From: Candidatus Culexmicrobium cathedralense
GTDB lineage: Archaea > Thermoproteota > Methanomethylicia > Culexarchaeales > Culexmicrobiaceae
Length of the DNA stretch: 64,000 bases
Direction of reading: 5' to 3'
Assembly (NCBI GenBank): GCA_025061115.1
Contig: JANZKC010000002.1
Coordinates: 320,001 to 384,000, forward strand
The position numbers were made by a program, and so were the translations under genes. Positions 1 through 10,184 of the stretch are shown here, piece after piece (within the stretch, counting starts at the first letter, position 1; each line of letters opens with the position of its first letter). The notes beneath the pieces are model-generated. The model saw nothing but the letters and a program-made list of their open reading frames with translations, was not told where the DNA came from and did no database searches.

Positions 1-29
1 TTCCATCTTGAAGATGATTCTTCAGCCAA
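1..29 (-). CDS. Probable 5' end of the next ABC operon gene (likely DppC permease), runs off the window
   Basis: TTG start preceded by GGGGGTTGA SD-like sequence just after the dppB stop; reads MAEESSSRW; identity inferred only from operon order. Confidence 0.4.
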
Positions 30-41
30 TAGATCAACCCC

Positions 42-1070
42 CTAATACTTAATTCTAGGGTCTATCAATGCATACAATATGTCAACAATTAAGTTCATAA
101 CCGCATAAACAGTGCTAGCAAACAATGCGAATCCTAATATTCCAGCCATGTCAAGGCTCGTTGCTGCTCCAGCGGCGAATCTACCTAAACCCGGATAATC
201 AAAAACAGTTTCAGTTATAACTACGCCAGTAATTAGGTTTGCAATCATTATCCCCGCAACTGTAATCATCGGTATAAATGCATTTTTAACTGCGTGCTTC
301 CAGATAACCATCCATTTGCTTAGTCCCTTAGCTCTTGCTGCAGTAATGTATTCTTTGCCAAGTACCTCCAACATGCTTGAGCGCATTATCCTCATTGGCA
401 ATGCGGATGAGAGTATTGCCAAATTTAAGCTTGGAAGAATTACGTGATTCAAGGCATCCAAAGATACGTCGAGCCTTCCATTCAGTATACCGTCAATGAT
501 GTACATTCCGGTGTACTTTTTAAAACCCGAAATGCTTAATGACAAAAATATTTGCGGACTTAATCTACCTGGCGGAAACATCCCCAATACACCGTAGAAG
601 AATGCTAGCAGCACTATTGCAGACCAAAATGTTGGAAGGGACCATGCACTTATGGAGAAGAATCTTACGATGTGATCGATAAGAGAGTCTCTATAAACTG
701 CTGCTAAAATTCCAAAGGTTATGCCCAATATTAACGTAAGTGGAATGGCTAGAAAAACTAGCTCTAGTGTTGCTGGGAAGTATGTCATTAATGCTTGGGA
801 CACTGGCATATTTGCACTGATAGAGTATCCTAAGTTACCATGTAAAATGCTATTAATCCAGTATAAGTACTGAATTATTGGCGGCTCATCCAAATGATAT
901 CTCTTAATGATTTCATTTATATTAAGCATCTCCTCCCTTGATTGAACGTAGGCCACAGCCCTTTGAGCAGGAGTAAAGCATTGCATAATCGCGAAAATAA
1001 TTAGACTTACACCAAACATTATCACAGGTAACATGAACAACCTACGAACTATATAGGCCCTCAAACGCAC
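42..1070 (-). CDS. dppB: Oligopeptide/dipeptide ABC transporter permease (DppB/OppB family)
   Basis: N-terminal YIVRRL, GNLGYS, FPATLEL, EAA loop YITAARAKGL, VITETVF.PGLG, DPRIKY end; likely GTG start at 1070 (ORF extends to 1127). Confidence 0.93.
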   Translation of the reverse strand: MRLRAYIVRRLFMLPVIMFGVSLIIFAIMQCFTPAQRAVAYVQSREEMLNINEIIKRYHLDEPPIIQYLYWINSILHGNLGYSISANMPVSQALMTYFPATLELVFLAIPLTLILGITFGILAAVYRDSLIDHIVRFFSISAWSLPTFWSAIVLLAFFYGVLGMFPPGRLSPQIFLSLSISGFKKYTGMYIIDGILNGRLDVSLDALNHVILPSLNLAILSSALPMRIMRSSMLEVLGKEYITAARAKGLSKWMVIWKHAVKNAFIPMITVAGIMIANLITGVVITETVFDYPGLGRFAAGAATSLDMAGILGFALFASTVYAVMNLIVDILYALIDPRIKY

Positions 1071-1163
1071 TTGGATCCCTCCAAGGATCCCACTCCAACT
1101 CCGTACTGAGATAGAGGATAACAGCATTTAAGCTTTAAACAATAAAAAAGATGCGGAATTTAT

Positions 1164-2990
1164 TTACCCTGACTTCTCTAAGCCATAGAAGAATGGTCCA
1201 ACGAACATTGGATTATAGTATGGATTACCCTGTACCCATGTTCTTTGATACCACCGCTCAATTACCTGAACAAGTACTATGCTTGGGCAATCCTCGAAGA
1301 CTATTTGGCAAAGCTCCTTGTATATCGCAGCTCTCTCCTCGGGATCCATCTGTCTTACTCCCTCATCAACCAGCCTATCTACCTCTGGATTGGCATAGTG
1401 CTGATATAGAGGCCATACTCCCTGGCTATGATAGAACATGAATGCATGATTGTGAGGGTCAGCCATATCAGGCTTTCTTCCATCCATTTCTATAACCCAT
1501 TGATTAGCTTGGAAGTACTGTACTGATGCTGCCAACTCCACCTCCCTTAACTCAATGTGGAATTTTGGATTCAACGCTTCTATGTCCTTCTTAATTTCCG
1601 AGAAGACCATTTGAATTTCAGGCCATCCTGCAACGTAGTATAATGTTAACTTAAAGCCCTTCTCCCAAAGCTCACCGTCGTATGCCTTCTTAAAGTAATA
1701 CTTAGCTTTCTCAGGGTCATACTCGTATTTTGGAGCATCCTCCCAATAGTATGGAAGCCCCATTAAGTTGAAGTGATTTGATGGGCGGGACCCTAAACCT
1801 AGGAAGATTTCATTGATTATATTGTCGTAGTTGAGCGCGTATGCAAATGCCTTTCTGACATCTGGGTTTGAGAAGAAGTCCGGTGGAATTCCATTGCCAT
1901 CCAGCTTCCCGCTTCCAATGAAGGGACTGTCGGCAGAAACGTTAAAGTTGAAATGAATGTACCAGATCAATGGCGTTTGCAGCTCGTAGTAAGTTACGCC
2001 TTCAAGCCCCTCTAACTCTTTATAGTGGGCTGTTGGGACTAGAATCATATCTGCATCGCCAGTTTGCAACATTAACTTCCTTGTCGACCATTCTTGAACG
2101 TACCTTATAATAACCCTCTCGATCTTCGCCGGCTCACGCCAGTAATCATCGAATCTCTTAAGAACTACTTGTACTCCCGTCTCATAAGATTCTAACATGA
2201 ATGGACCTGTACCGCACATTTCAAATCTATGTGGAAGATCTTCTCTCGATGGATCATTCCAGTTTGGCCATTCAGTATATGCATTTGGACCTTCCTTGAC
2301 AAATCCAGGCCAATCACCCTTCTCGATACACCATTTCTTATTCATTATTGAAAACCAGCTTTGACACAATGCTGCAAGTAGCGGCGGATATGGGAACTTG
2401 AGGTGCAATATTACGTGAGTTGAGTTGCTTTCTATTGCATCATCTATAGTTTTTCCCAATTCCCTAACCTGCTCTACATCACTAAAGTTTATTGCTCTCA
2501 CCGTAGGAACTCCAGTCAATGGATACGTAATCAAATATATTCTTGCACCAGCTCTATCCTGAACTATAGCTCTCTCCAATGAATACTCCACATCCTCGGG
2601 CGTCAGTATTTCCCCATTATGGAACTTTACGCCCTGCCTAATTTTGAAAACCCAAGTTAATCCATCCTCACTAACCGACCAACTCTCAGCTAACCATGGA
2701 ACATATTTGTCAGGGTGGGCGCCATCATAAAAGACCAATGTTTCATAGACATTCTGAATTATTTCTCTTGCTCCGTACCACGTTTCATATGCAGGGTCGA
2801 AACTTAATGGCTCACCTGGACGAGCATAAATTATTACGTTTGGATTCTTTATCTCTGGACCCTTCGGCATGAAATACTGATAAGCAATATACCCTGCTAT
2901 TGCTGCAATAACAATTATTACCAATATTGCAATTGCTTGCATTCCCGTTATTGCCCTTCTATTAAGTTTTAATCTCAAGTAAATCACCAT
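1164..2990 (-). CDS. dppA: ABC peptide substrate-binding protein (SBP family 5) with class III-like signal peptide
   Basis: SFDPA, VYETLV, PWLAESW, GVKFHNG...TPEDV, GTGPF, VRKAFAYA motifs; N-terminus RRA/ITGMQAIAILVIIVIAAIAG; start 2990 or TTG 2978. Confidence 0.93.
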   Translation of the reverse strand: MVIYLRLKLNRRAITGMQAIAILVIIVIAAIAGYIAYQYFMPKGPEIKNPNVIIYARPGEPLSFDPAYETWYGAREIIQNVYETLVFYDGAHPDKYVPWLAESWSVSEDGLTWVFKIRQGVKFHNGEILTPEDVEYSLERAIVQDRAGARIYLITYPLTGVPTVRAINFSDVEQVRELGKTIDDAIESNSTHVILHLKFPYPPLLAALCQSWFSIMNKKWCIEKGDWPGFVKEGPNAYTEWPNWNDPSREDLPHRFEMCGTGPFMLESYETGVQVVLKRFDDYWREPAKIERVIIRYVQEWSTRKLMLQTGDADMILVPTAHYKELEGLEGVTYYELQTPLIWYIHFNFNVSADSPFIGSGKLDGNGIPPDFFSNPDVRKAFAYALNYDNIINEIFLGLGSRPSNHFNLMGLPYYWEDAPKYEYDPEKAKYYFKKAYDGELWEKGFKLTLYYVAGWPEIQMVFSEIKKDIEALNPKFHIELREVELAASVQYFQANQWVIEMDGRKPDMADPHNHAFMFYHSQGVWPLYQHYANPEVDRLVDEGVRQMDPEERAAIYKELCQIVFEDCPSIVLVQVIERWYQRTWVQGNPYYNPMFVGPFFYGLEKSG

Positions 2991-3079
2991 AGTATTGATG
3001 TTGAAATACAACTTTTAAATATTACTAAATGTTTAAAAAATGATTAAATCTATGGGACTTAAATCTCTAGGCTAATTTA

Positions 3080-3093
3080 AATTTCATGAAATT
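3080..3093. promoter_or_regulatory. Perfect 14-bp palindrome upstream of dppA, possible operator
   Basis: AATTTCATGAAATT inside the AT-rich divergent intergenic region; high AT content makes a chance match plausible. Confidence 0.3.
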
Positions 3094-3707
3094 AAATTTT
3101 TTGAACTTTTTAATTTAAAATATGTGGAAGCAAATTTGGATTAATTTAATTTAGAGATATTTCTAAAAAATTTCTATGTATTTTTACATTAAGTAAGTAA
3201 ATAAATGCAACCCTAAGTTTGATTTGATTAATTTTTATAGAGATAATGATAAAAGTTGGAAAGATTGTGAAGATGATGATAGAATTCAAGCATTGAAAGA
3301 TGAAGGCTTTGGGACTTACAGTGCAGATTAGTTGGTTATATTTTGGTTCCGATATGTCAAAAAAGATGGCTACACTCAAGATTACCGCCCGACGTATTAA
3401 ACCTAATTATGGTGAAGACTTACGCAGACAAACCCTTGTAGTAGGTGCTTGCTGAAAATTTAACACCATATTTGACGAAAACAGTGACGGCACATGAACG
3501 TTAACTATGCTTGCTGAATCCACCATGACTTCATCATTAACCTTACAAGAGAAATCATGAAAATATAGTTCACATAAATTTAACTTCAATTTTTCGCGTG
3601 AGAAGTGATAGTTCACTGAAAGTTTGGAAATGATTAATTTAAAGACGTTCGTTAATGGTATATATACAGAGTAGAATTAAATTTATAGAAGCATTAGTTT
3701 AGGAGCC

Positions 3708-4985
3708 GTGCTGCATTTGGAGCCGCTGCTAATAATTTACATGGCTGTTGCAATAATTTACATTGGCTTTTTCGGCTTGATATTATCTCGCAAGTCAGGT
3801 ATACCTCATATACTATTTCTTGTGGTCTTTGGAGTTGCTTTAGGTCCAATTTTACACCTCATAGAGTATAAGGTTTTAGTCTCGGCAATACCAGCGGTTT
3901 CAGCTATAACTATTGCGACCGTTACGTTTTATAGCGGGATGAACATCAATGTTGAGACTCTTAAGGCGCATGGAGGTAGAGCGCTTATCCTCGCCATAAC
4001 TGGATTTACTCTAAATACTATTGGATGCGGATTATTCCTTCAACTTTACTGCAATTTTCCGCCCCCACTAGCCTACATGATGGGCGCAGCCTTTGGAGGA
4101 ACCTGCGCAGCAATAGTTGTTGCATTATCATCTTCAGGTTCACTGCCCATACGTAAAAGCACAATTACCGCAATGACGTTGGACTCCACAATCACGGACG
4201 TATTATGCATAGTCATAGCAAGCGTATTTCTCAATTCAATGCTTCTGGGCGAACTTCCAATAAATGAAGCCTTATCAAAAATTGCAGCTCAATTCTCAAC
4301 TGGAATTCTTGCAGGCTTAATCATTGGGATCATTTGGATAAAAATCATGCACATCCTAGGTCAAGAGAAATACACTTACATGCTGACGTTCGCAACGCTA
4401 CTATTAACGTATGCAACTACTGAAGTTATTGGCGGCAGTGGAGGAGTAGCATCACTAGTTTTCGGATTGACACTGGGAAACTACAAGTCAATAGCATCAA
4501 CCCTTAAAATGCAGGTAGATAAAGGAATTCTTGAAGTTTTGAGAGTAGAGGTATTTCACTTACACTCCGAAATATCATTTCTAGTTGAAGCATTCTTCTT
4601 CACATATCTAGGCTTGATCTACACCATTGGAAGCGCATTTGAAATACTAGTTGCAGCTGCAATCACGATGATAGTTCTAATCAACAGGACATTGGCTTCA
4701 TTCGTCGCCACATCAATGAGCGAAATGGCGGAAGACAGAAGCGTAATCAGCGTCACCATAGGTAAGGGCCTCGCCGCAGCGGTAATGGGTTCAATGCCGG
4801 CGCAATATAGTTTGCCCCTCTCGGACTTGGCCATAAAAATAACGTTAAATGTCATACTATTAACAAACATAATCATGGTACTGCTGTTAGCAGTAATTAC
4901 AAAATTTGTTAAAAGGCCGAAGGCTAAAGCCGCAACTAAAGAAGCCACCGAGGCTTCCCGAACAGATACTTCGAAAGAAAGTTAG
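3708..4985 (+). CDS. Cation:proton antiporter (NhaP/CPA1-like)
   Basis: About 12 hydrophobic segments, IPHILFL..G..LGP, LDSTITDVL (ES..ND-like), FFFTYLG and KGLAAAV motifs. Confidence 0.85.
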   Translation: MLHLEPLLIIYMAVAIIYIGFFGLILSRKSGIPHILFLVVFGVALGPILHLIEYKVLVSAIPAVSAITIATVTFYSGMNINVETLKAHGGRALILAITGFTLNTIGCGLFLQLYCNFPPPLAYMMGAAFGGTCAAIVVALSSSGSLPIRKSTITAMTLDSTITDVLCIVIASVFLNSMLLGELPINEALSKIAAQFSTGILAGLIIGIIWIKIMHILGQEKYTYMLTFATLLLTYATTEVIGGSGGVASLVFGLTLGNYKSIASTLKMQVDKGILEVLRVEVFHLHSEISFLVEAFFFTYLGLIYTIGSAFEILVAAAITMIVLINRTLASFVATSMSEMAEDRSVISVTIGKGLAAAVMGSMPAQYSLPLSDLAIKITLNVILLTNIIMVLLLAVITKFVKRPKAKAATKEATEASRTDTSKES

Positions 4986-6342
4986 CAAAACCCCTTGAAG
5001 CATTGTAAAACTCATAAACTCCATCATTCAACATTACTTTAAACCCGCGGGAAAGCTCAGAGTAGACCAACTTGCCAAGTCTAGCTTCAAGCAGCTTTTC
5101 ACTAATAAGGTCTTTAGCCCTGCGATACTTCCTATTCACATAGACAATCCACCTATCTCCCTCAATTTTAGGACCTGCAATCGGAGAAGCATCCTTCAAA
5201 TACTTTTCAACAAAGCGAATGCTATGATCTCTAGCGTAAACTGGAGGTCCTAGGTGCTTCTTAAGGGGAGGAAGATCCGCACATTCTAATTCAAATAGAA
5301 ACACTAAGTAATGCAATTCGTCAGACCACACTGCATAGTCAATAATGCGAAAACCGTAGATTTCAAGAAGCCGCTTAATTCCATCAGCAGACTTATAGAA
5401 CTGCCCCCACAAAACATCTGGATGAGCTTTCGGACATCCGGTCAAAATGAATAAGAAATCAGTGCCGCGCTTATTAAACTCGTTTAAAACTTCATCAAAG
5501 CTTAAGGGAGTTAGCTGAGGGGGAAAAAAGAACTTCAAGTCAGGATTTTCAAGGAAAGCCCTCGAAGCAGCCATGAACTCACACATCTTCTGCAGCGATA
5601 AGGCAGCTGCAACATTCCTCCGCCTATCGACTGGATCAACAACCACCAGTGGAGCCTTAAACAAAATTAGAGGCTCAAAATTACTTGAATAGTGCCCCTC
5701 AATGTCAATGACCATTGAGTAGGGCTTCCAATCATAAGCTGCCGCCTTCAAAACGTCAATGAAAGAATTGTAGCGCATAACTAAAAGCTCGCAGAGGTAC
5801 CCCGAAAAACCTTGAACTTTAACTTCAGCACCATAAACTTCAATTCCCTTCATGAATTGCTTTAGCAGCCTCACCTCATCCCTCAAATCTTCACTTAGGT
5901 GGAGATTGATGTAATCGGTGTGAAATGGAGTTCTATCTACAGCTGACTCCGCCTCCTCTGAGCTTCTCACCGCAAAGCATGGGACCAAGTCAACTTTAAA
6001 ACCGTTTACCTCCGCCTCAATGTATGGATGCTCAGCATAGCACTCAATCCACTTATCTCCCGCAGCTTCCCTTGCTATTTGAAGGCCAATGGACTCAAGC
6101 CCTTCACGCCCAACTTCTCTCGGAAGCCTTATGAACACATCTATATCCCTATCGCCAGAAATCCAAGTGTCCTTAGCTATTGACCCTTCAACCCTAGCCT
6201 CAACTTTAACTCCAAGCCTTTCAGCAACTGCCTTTATGCGAGCCAATACGTCTGAAACAACCTTACCAACCAATTCCCTTTCAAGCGCATTGGGCCTAAC
6301 CCTTTCGAGAACAGCTCTAATCACTTCTTCAACTTTAGACAT
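4936..6342 (-). CDS. cca: Archaeal class I CCA-adding enzyme
   Basis: GSIAKDTW...DIDVF, YAEHPY, VDLVPC, SAVDRTPFHT, GFSGYLCELL, DPVD..RNVAAA. Confidence 0.97.
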   Translation of the reverse strand: MSKVEEVIRAVLERVRPNALERELVGKVVSDVLARIKAVAERLGVKVEARVEGSIAKDTWISGDRDIDVFIRLPREVGREGLESIGLQIAREAAGDKWIECYAEHPYIEAEVNGFKVDLVPCFAVRSSEEAESAVDRTPFHTDYINLHLSEDLRDEVRLLKQFMKGIEVYGAEVKVQGFSGYLCELLVMRYNSFIDVLKAAAYDWKPYSMVIDIEGHYSSNFEPLILFKAPLVVVDPVDRRRNVAAALSLQKMCEFMAASRAFLENPDLKFFFPPQLTPLSFDEVLNEFNKRGTDFLFILTGCPKAHPDVLWGQFYKSADGIKRLLEIYGFRIIDYAVWSDELHYLVFLFELECADLPPLKKHLGPPVYARDHSIRFVEKYLKDASPIAGPKIEGDRWIVYVNRKYRRAKDLISEKLLEARLGKLVYSELSRGFKVMLNDGVYEFYNASRGFANFLSKYLFGKPRWLL

Positions 6343-6353
6343 AGCCCATCTAC

Positions 6354-6938
6354 CTAACTTAACTCAACCTCCCTCAACGTCGTGTATATTGGACCTCTAG
6401 GAGTCAAAATGCTCTTCTTCAATCTAATGCACTTGACCTTCATCCTCCCAAAAACGACGTCGCCATACTCTTGAAAAACGCTCAATAACCTCCCAACATT
6501 CCTCCTACCCTTAACCCTTGCAATTGTGATGTGAGCAGTAAAGCGCTGAGCTTCTGGCTTAAATCCAAGCCTCTTAAGCCCAAATTCAAGCTTCCTAAAA
6601 ATACCCTCCACATCCTCAGATCCATCACCAACACCAGCCCATATAACTCTAGGACGCACTTTGGATGGGAAAGCGCCTAACCCCCTAACCTCCATTTCGA
6701 AGGGTGAGCATGCTGCAGATTTCATAATTTTGAAAATGTCATCGATTAGGATAACTGGTATTTCGCCTAGAAAGCGTAAGGTCAAGTGAATATTCTCACG
6801 CCTAACCAACTTCAAATCCGCGCCAGTCTTCATCAATGCGCTCTGAACACCCATCAAGCCCCTAAGTATATCTTCATCCTCGACATCAATGGATATGAAA
6901 GCCCTAACTCTCTCCAATTCAATCACCGCAATTCCCAC
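6354..6938 (-). CDS. thpR: RNA 2',3'-cyclic phosphodiesterase (2H family, LigT-like)
   Basis: Two HxT motifs (HLTLRFLG, HITIAR), RAFISID, PRVIWAG, GPIY; next to cca as is usual. Confidence 0.95.
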   Translation of the reverse strand: MGIAVIELERVRAFISIDVEDEDILRGLMGVQSALMKTGADLKLVRRENIHLTLRFLGEIPVILIDDIFKIMKSAACSPFEMEVRGLGAFPSKVRPRVIWAGVGDGSEDVEGIFRKLEFGLKRLGFKPEAQRFTAHITIARVKGRRNVGRLLSVFQEYGDVVFGRMKVKCIRLKKSILTPRGPIYTTLREVELS

Positions 6939-7003
6939 TCAACTAATGAATAATGCGTTACATTAAGCTTTTAAGGAATACGCATAAGCATTACCGAGTG
7001 AGG

Positions 7004-7579
7004 ATGGCGTTGAAAATGAAGAAAATTATAGGTCTAACGGGAATGCCTGGAGCAGGAAAATCAATAATTGCAAGGGTTGCAAAGAAAATCGGCATACCAG
7101 TAGTGGTGATGGGCGACGTGATAAGGGAGGAAGCAGCTCGAAGGGGACTTGCAGCAACACCAGAAAATCTCGGCAAACTAATGATAACCCTCAGAAAAAC
7201 AAATGGCCCAGGTGTAGTTGCCAGAAAATGCTTCCCAAAAATTGATAGCTTAGGAAGAAATACGGTGCTAGTAGATGGAGTGAGAAGCCTAGCTGAAATC
7301 GAGGAATTCAAGAAGAAGTACGGCAAAGTAGTCATTTTAGCAGTACATGCATCTCCCCAAACCAGATTTAAAAGGCTAAAGGCGAGGGGTAGGCCCGACG
7401 ACCCAAAGGACTGGGGGACATTTATGGAGAGAGATCTAAGGGAACTCAAAGTTGGAATTGGAAGCGTTATAGCTCTAGCGGACTACATACTTATAAATGA
7501 AGGATCAAAGAGAGAACTCGAAGTAAACGCGGAAAAAATACTAAAAAGGCTGGTCGAAAATGATCAAGGTAATCGTTGA
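7004..7579 (+). CDS. P-loop nucleotide kinase, UPF0200 / dephospho-CoA-kinase-like family
   Basis: GLTGMPGAGKS, MGDVIREE, DGVRS, RGRPDD, RDLREL motifs. Confidence 0.85.
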   Translation: MALKMKKIIGLTGMPGAGKSIIARVAKKIGIPVVVMGDVIREEAARRGLAATPENLGKLMITLRKTNGPGVVARKCFPKIDSLGRNTVLVDGVRSLAEIEEFKKKYGKVVILAVHASPQTRFKRLKARGRPDDPKDWGTFMERDLRELKVGIGSVIALADYILINEGSKRELEVNAEKILKRLVENDQGNR

Positions 7580-7991
7580 AGCTGAAGTGAAGCCAACTGA
7601 AGATGAAAACAAGGTAAAGCAGGCAATATTAAACCTTGTAACTCCAAATAAAGTAAGGCTCGAAGAGAGATTTGGCAGGAAATTCCTAGTAGCTGAAGCC
7701 GAGGGAGCCGAAAGCCTACTAAAGCTACACTCACTATTAAGGCGAGAGCAAATTTTGGACGCTGCCAGGAAAATGATGAAGAAGTGGTCAACCCAGGACA
7801 AAGTGATATTCTTCCTTAACAAGCAAGTTGCATACGTTGGACACCTATCATTCTGCATGCCAGAAAGAGAATCGCCGCTTGGCCCCATAAGATTCGAAAT
7901 AACATGTAAAAACGCCAAGGACGTCATAGACTGGCTCGCGCCCCCAACAAGTCGAGGAAAGCCACTATTCGAAAGAGAGCCACCGAATTAG
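7560..7991 (+). CDS. UPF0201 (DUF54) putative RNA-binding protein
   Basis: PTEDENKV, ILDAAR, LNKQVAYVG, ESPLGPI, DWLAP motifs; overlaps the upstream kinase. Confidence 0.88.
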   Translation: MIKVIVEAEVKPTEDENKVKQAILNLVTPNKVRLEERFGRKFLVAEAEGAESLLKLHSLLRREQILDAARKMMKKWSTQDKVIFFLNKQVAYVGHLSFCMPERESPLGPIRFEITCKNAKDVIDWLAPPTSRGKPLFEREPPN

Positions 7992-9226
7992 CAGGACAAA
8001 AATCGCGTCAAGTCAGAGCATTTGGGGCGCATAGACCTATAATCCCTATACCTCAAAGCCGAGGCCTTCATCAAGGCTCTTTGACCACAAATCGGCACCT
8101 GCAAGCCCTTAGCGCAAAGCAAGCAAGCGCCATTACACCCTTTAAGCGGCTTAAAATTCTCATCCAACCTACTTCTCCAATAAATTGGAGTGTCAAGCCC
8201 CTCACAGCTTGTTGAAGACATGAAAAGCTCGTTTAACCCCCTATAAAAAACCTCTCCATTCAACTCGACCTCCTCGAATTCCATGCAGAGAGCCATTGTA
8301 ACTCCAACTTCATCACAAATTCTCCTAGCAACCTTGAAAACTCCTTTCCTATACTCAACATCGCCATCCTGAGAGTACCTATAAACCCTGCGCCACACTT
8401 CAAATGCGTCAGGAAAATGCTCCTTAACCAAGCTGAGAAGCCTCCTTCTCCTCAACTCCCCAGGCCTGCCAATATCGCATAAACTGAAAATTATGTGCTT
8501 AGCACCCTCAGCCTTCGCTCTCTCCACAAGACTCCTAATTGAACGCTCATCATCAGTAATGCCTGGAAAGAGGGGGTCCATTCTAACCACAGTGAAAATC
8601 CCTCTATCGGCGCATCGCCTAACAGCCTTAAATTGCTCCTCAACGCTAGCACCGCCCGGAGCAAACAACCGGTTAACCTCCTCATCCACACTTAAAATGG
8701 TAAATTGAGCAATGCAATGCCCATAAGGGTGCTCCGCCATCCTATCTAAAAGCTTAATTGGTATGTTATCTCCCCGCTTAGTTATGAAGTCAACCGGCAA
8801 ATCCAAGTCGAGAAAAACATACGCGGATTTTTCGCTCAAGTGATAGTGATTTTCAAGGGGATGCTGGAATGGCTCGGAAGACGGGCTAAGGTAAGCGCAA
8901 GAAGCCCAGTAAAGCTTGCTCAACTCATCCTTCAACTTTAAATCAAAATTCTCAAAAACAGCAATCACTCCAGCTTCATCCCAAAGCGAAAAGTACCCGC
9001 CGAAAGACCTTGCGTAGCACATGGGGCAATTAACCGTACAGCCATTATACGGATTCAAAAGTATCCTCTCGGAAGTGCACTCCCTCCTCCCTCCATTCTC
9101 AAAGCCGTAAAACCAGCCATGGATAACCTCCTTCCTCGTTGGAACGACTATGTGCGGAATTGGATAAGGCATGACTTCAAATTCCTTAACGCGCCCACCA
9201 AATTGAACAAAAACTTTACGTGGCAA
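7988..9226 (-). CDS. Radical SAM protein (SPL/photolyase-like clade) with extra C-terminal Cys cluster
   Basis: LNPYNGCTVNCPMCYA (CxxxCxxC), SEPFQ, ITK, VRMDPLFPG; C-terminal CNGACLLC...C. Confidence 0.85.
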   Translation of the reverse strand: MPRKVFVQFGGRVKEFEVMPYPIPHIVVPTRKEVIHGWFYGFENGGRRECTSERILLNPYNGCTVNCPMCYARSFGGYFSLWDEAGVIAVFENFDLKLKDELSKLYWASCAYLSPSSEPFQHPLENHYHLSEKSAYVFLDLDLPVDFITKRGDNIPIKLLDRMAEHPYGHCIAQFTILSVDEEVNRLFAPGGASVEEQFKAVRRCADRGIFTVVRMDPLFPGITDDERSIRSLVERAKAEGAKHIIFSLCDIGRPGELRRRRLLSLVKEHFPDAFEVWRRVYRYSQDGDVEYRKGVFKVARRICDEVGVTMALCMEFEEVELNGEVFYRGLNELFMSSTSCEGLDTPIYWRSRLDENFKPLKGCNGACLLCAKGLQVPICGQRALMKASALRYRDYRSMRPKCSDLTRFLSC

Positions 9227-10184
9227 GACTACTCACCTTAAATGCAGGGTAAAGATCCAATACTTGAAAGTCCTCAGCAACAATGACGTTGGGAAAGATA
9301 GAGCTAGCCTGGCTCAAAATCTTAGAGACATCCCCCTCATAGCGTGCACTTATGTGAGTTAACGCTAAGTACTTCACGCCAGCCTTAAGTGCAATTTCAG
9401 CAGCTTGACTAGCAGTTGTATGACCATCCTCCGCAGCTTTAACAGACAACGAATCATCAAAAGTAGCCTCGTGAATAAGTAAATCCGCACCTCTAGCCAA
9501 CTCGACGACAGAGCTGCAAGGCCTGGTATCACCGGAATAAGCAACCTTAACTCCAGGCTTTGGAGGACCTAAAACTTGCGTGGGCTCAACAACCCTACCA
9601 TCAGGAAGCTTAACTGAAAATCCCATCTGCAATCTCTTCCAGAGAGGACCTCGAGGCACACCTAGAGAAATTGCCTTTTCAGGATAAAAGGTTCCCGGCC
9701 TAGGCTTCTCAACAATCGCATATGCTAAGCACGGCACCGTGTGGCAAGCCCACCTAGCTTCAACAACATACTCCTTCTCATCTAAAACAACACCCTCCTC
9801 AACCTCGAAAACCCTAACATCAAATGTCAATGCGAAACGCACGGTTCTCTTAACAGCATCTATAAAGTCGAAAACACCCTTAGGACCATATATTTCAAGT
9901 GGAGCTGAGCGATCCAAAAGCGACATGGTCTGAAGCAGGCCGGGAAGACCAAGGACGTGATCTCCATGCAAGTGGCTTATGAATATCCTGAACTTCGATG
10001 GAAAACCAATTCCAGCGCGAATAAACTGCCTCTGAGCACCTTCACCGCAATCAAAAAGCAATAGTTCACCCTTACGCCTAACTGCTATGCAGGGTAAGCT
10101 TCTACTTGGAGTTGGCACGCTTCCAGCAGTTCCCAAAAAGATTACTTGAAACTGCAAGGCCACCACCAAATCAATTACTTCCAC
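9216..10184 (-). CDS. rnz: Ribonuclease Z
   Basis: FLGTAG..P, FDCGEG.Q, SHLHGDH, GVPRGP exosite, YSGDT, HEATF, LTHISARY. Confidence 0.96.
   Translation of the reverse strand: MEVIDLVVALQFQVIFLGTAGSVPTPSRSLPCIAVRRKGELLLFDCGEGAQRQFIRAGIGFPSKFRIFISHLHGDHVLGLPGLLQTMSLLDRSAPLEIYGPKGVFDFIDAVKRTVRFALTFDVRVFEVEEGVVLDEKEYVVEARWACHTVPCLAYAIVEKPRPGTFYPEKAISLGVPRGPLWKRLQMGFSVKLPDGRVVEPTQVLGPPKPGVKVAYSGDTRPCSSVVELARGADLLIHEATFDDSLSVKAAEDGHTTASQAAEIALKAGVKYLALTHISARYEGDVSKILSQASSIFPNVIVAEDFQVLDLYPAFKVSSLAT

Noticed and set aside
3012-3707. ORFs 3146-3379 and 3407-3616 in the long AT-rich spacer
   Set aside because: No SD, no recognisable motif; may be degraded DNA but cannot be supported
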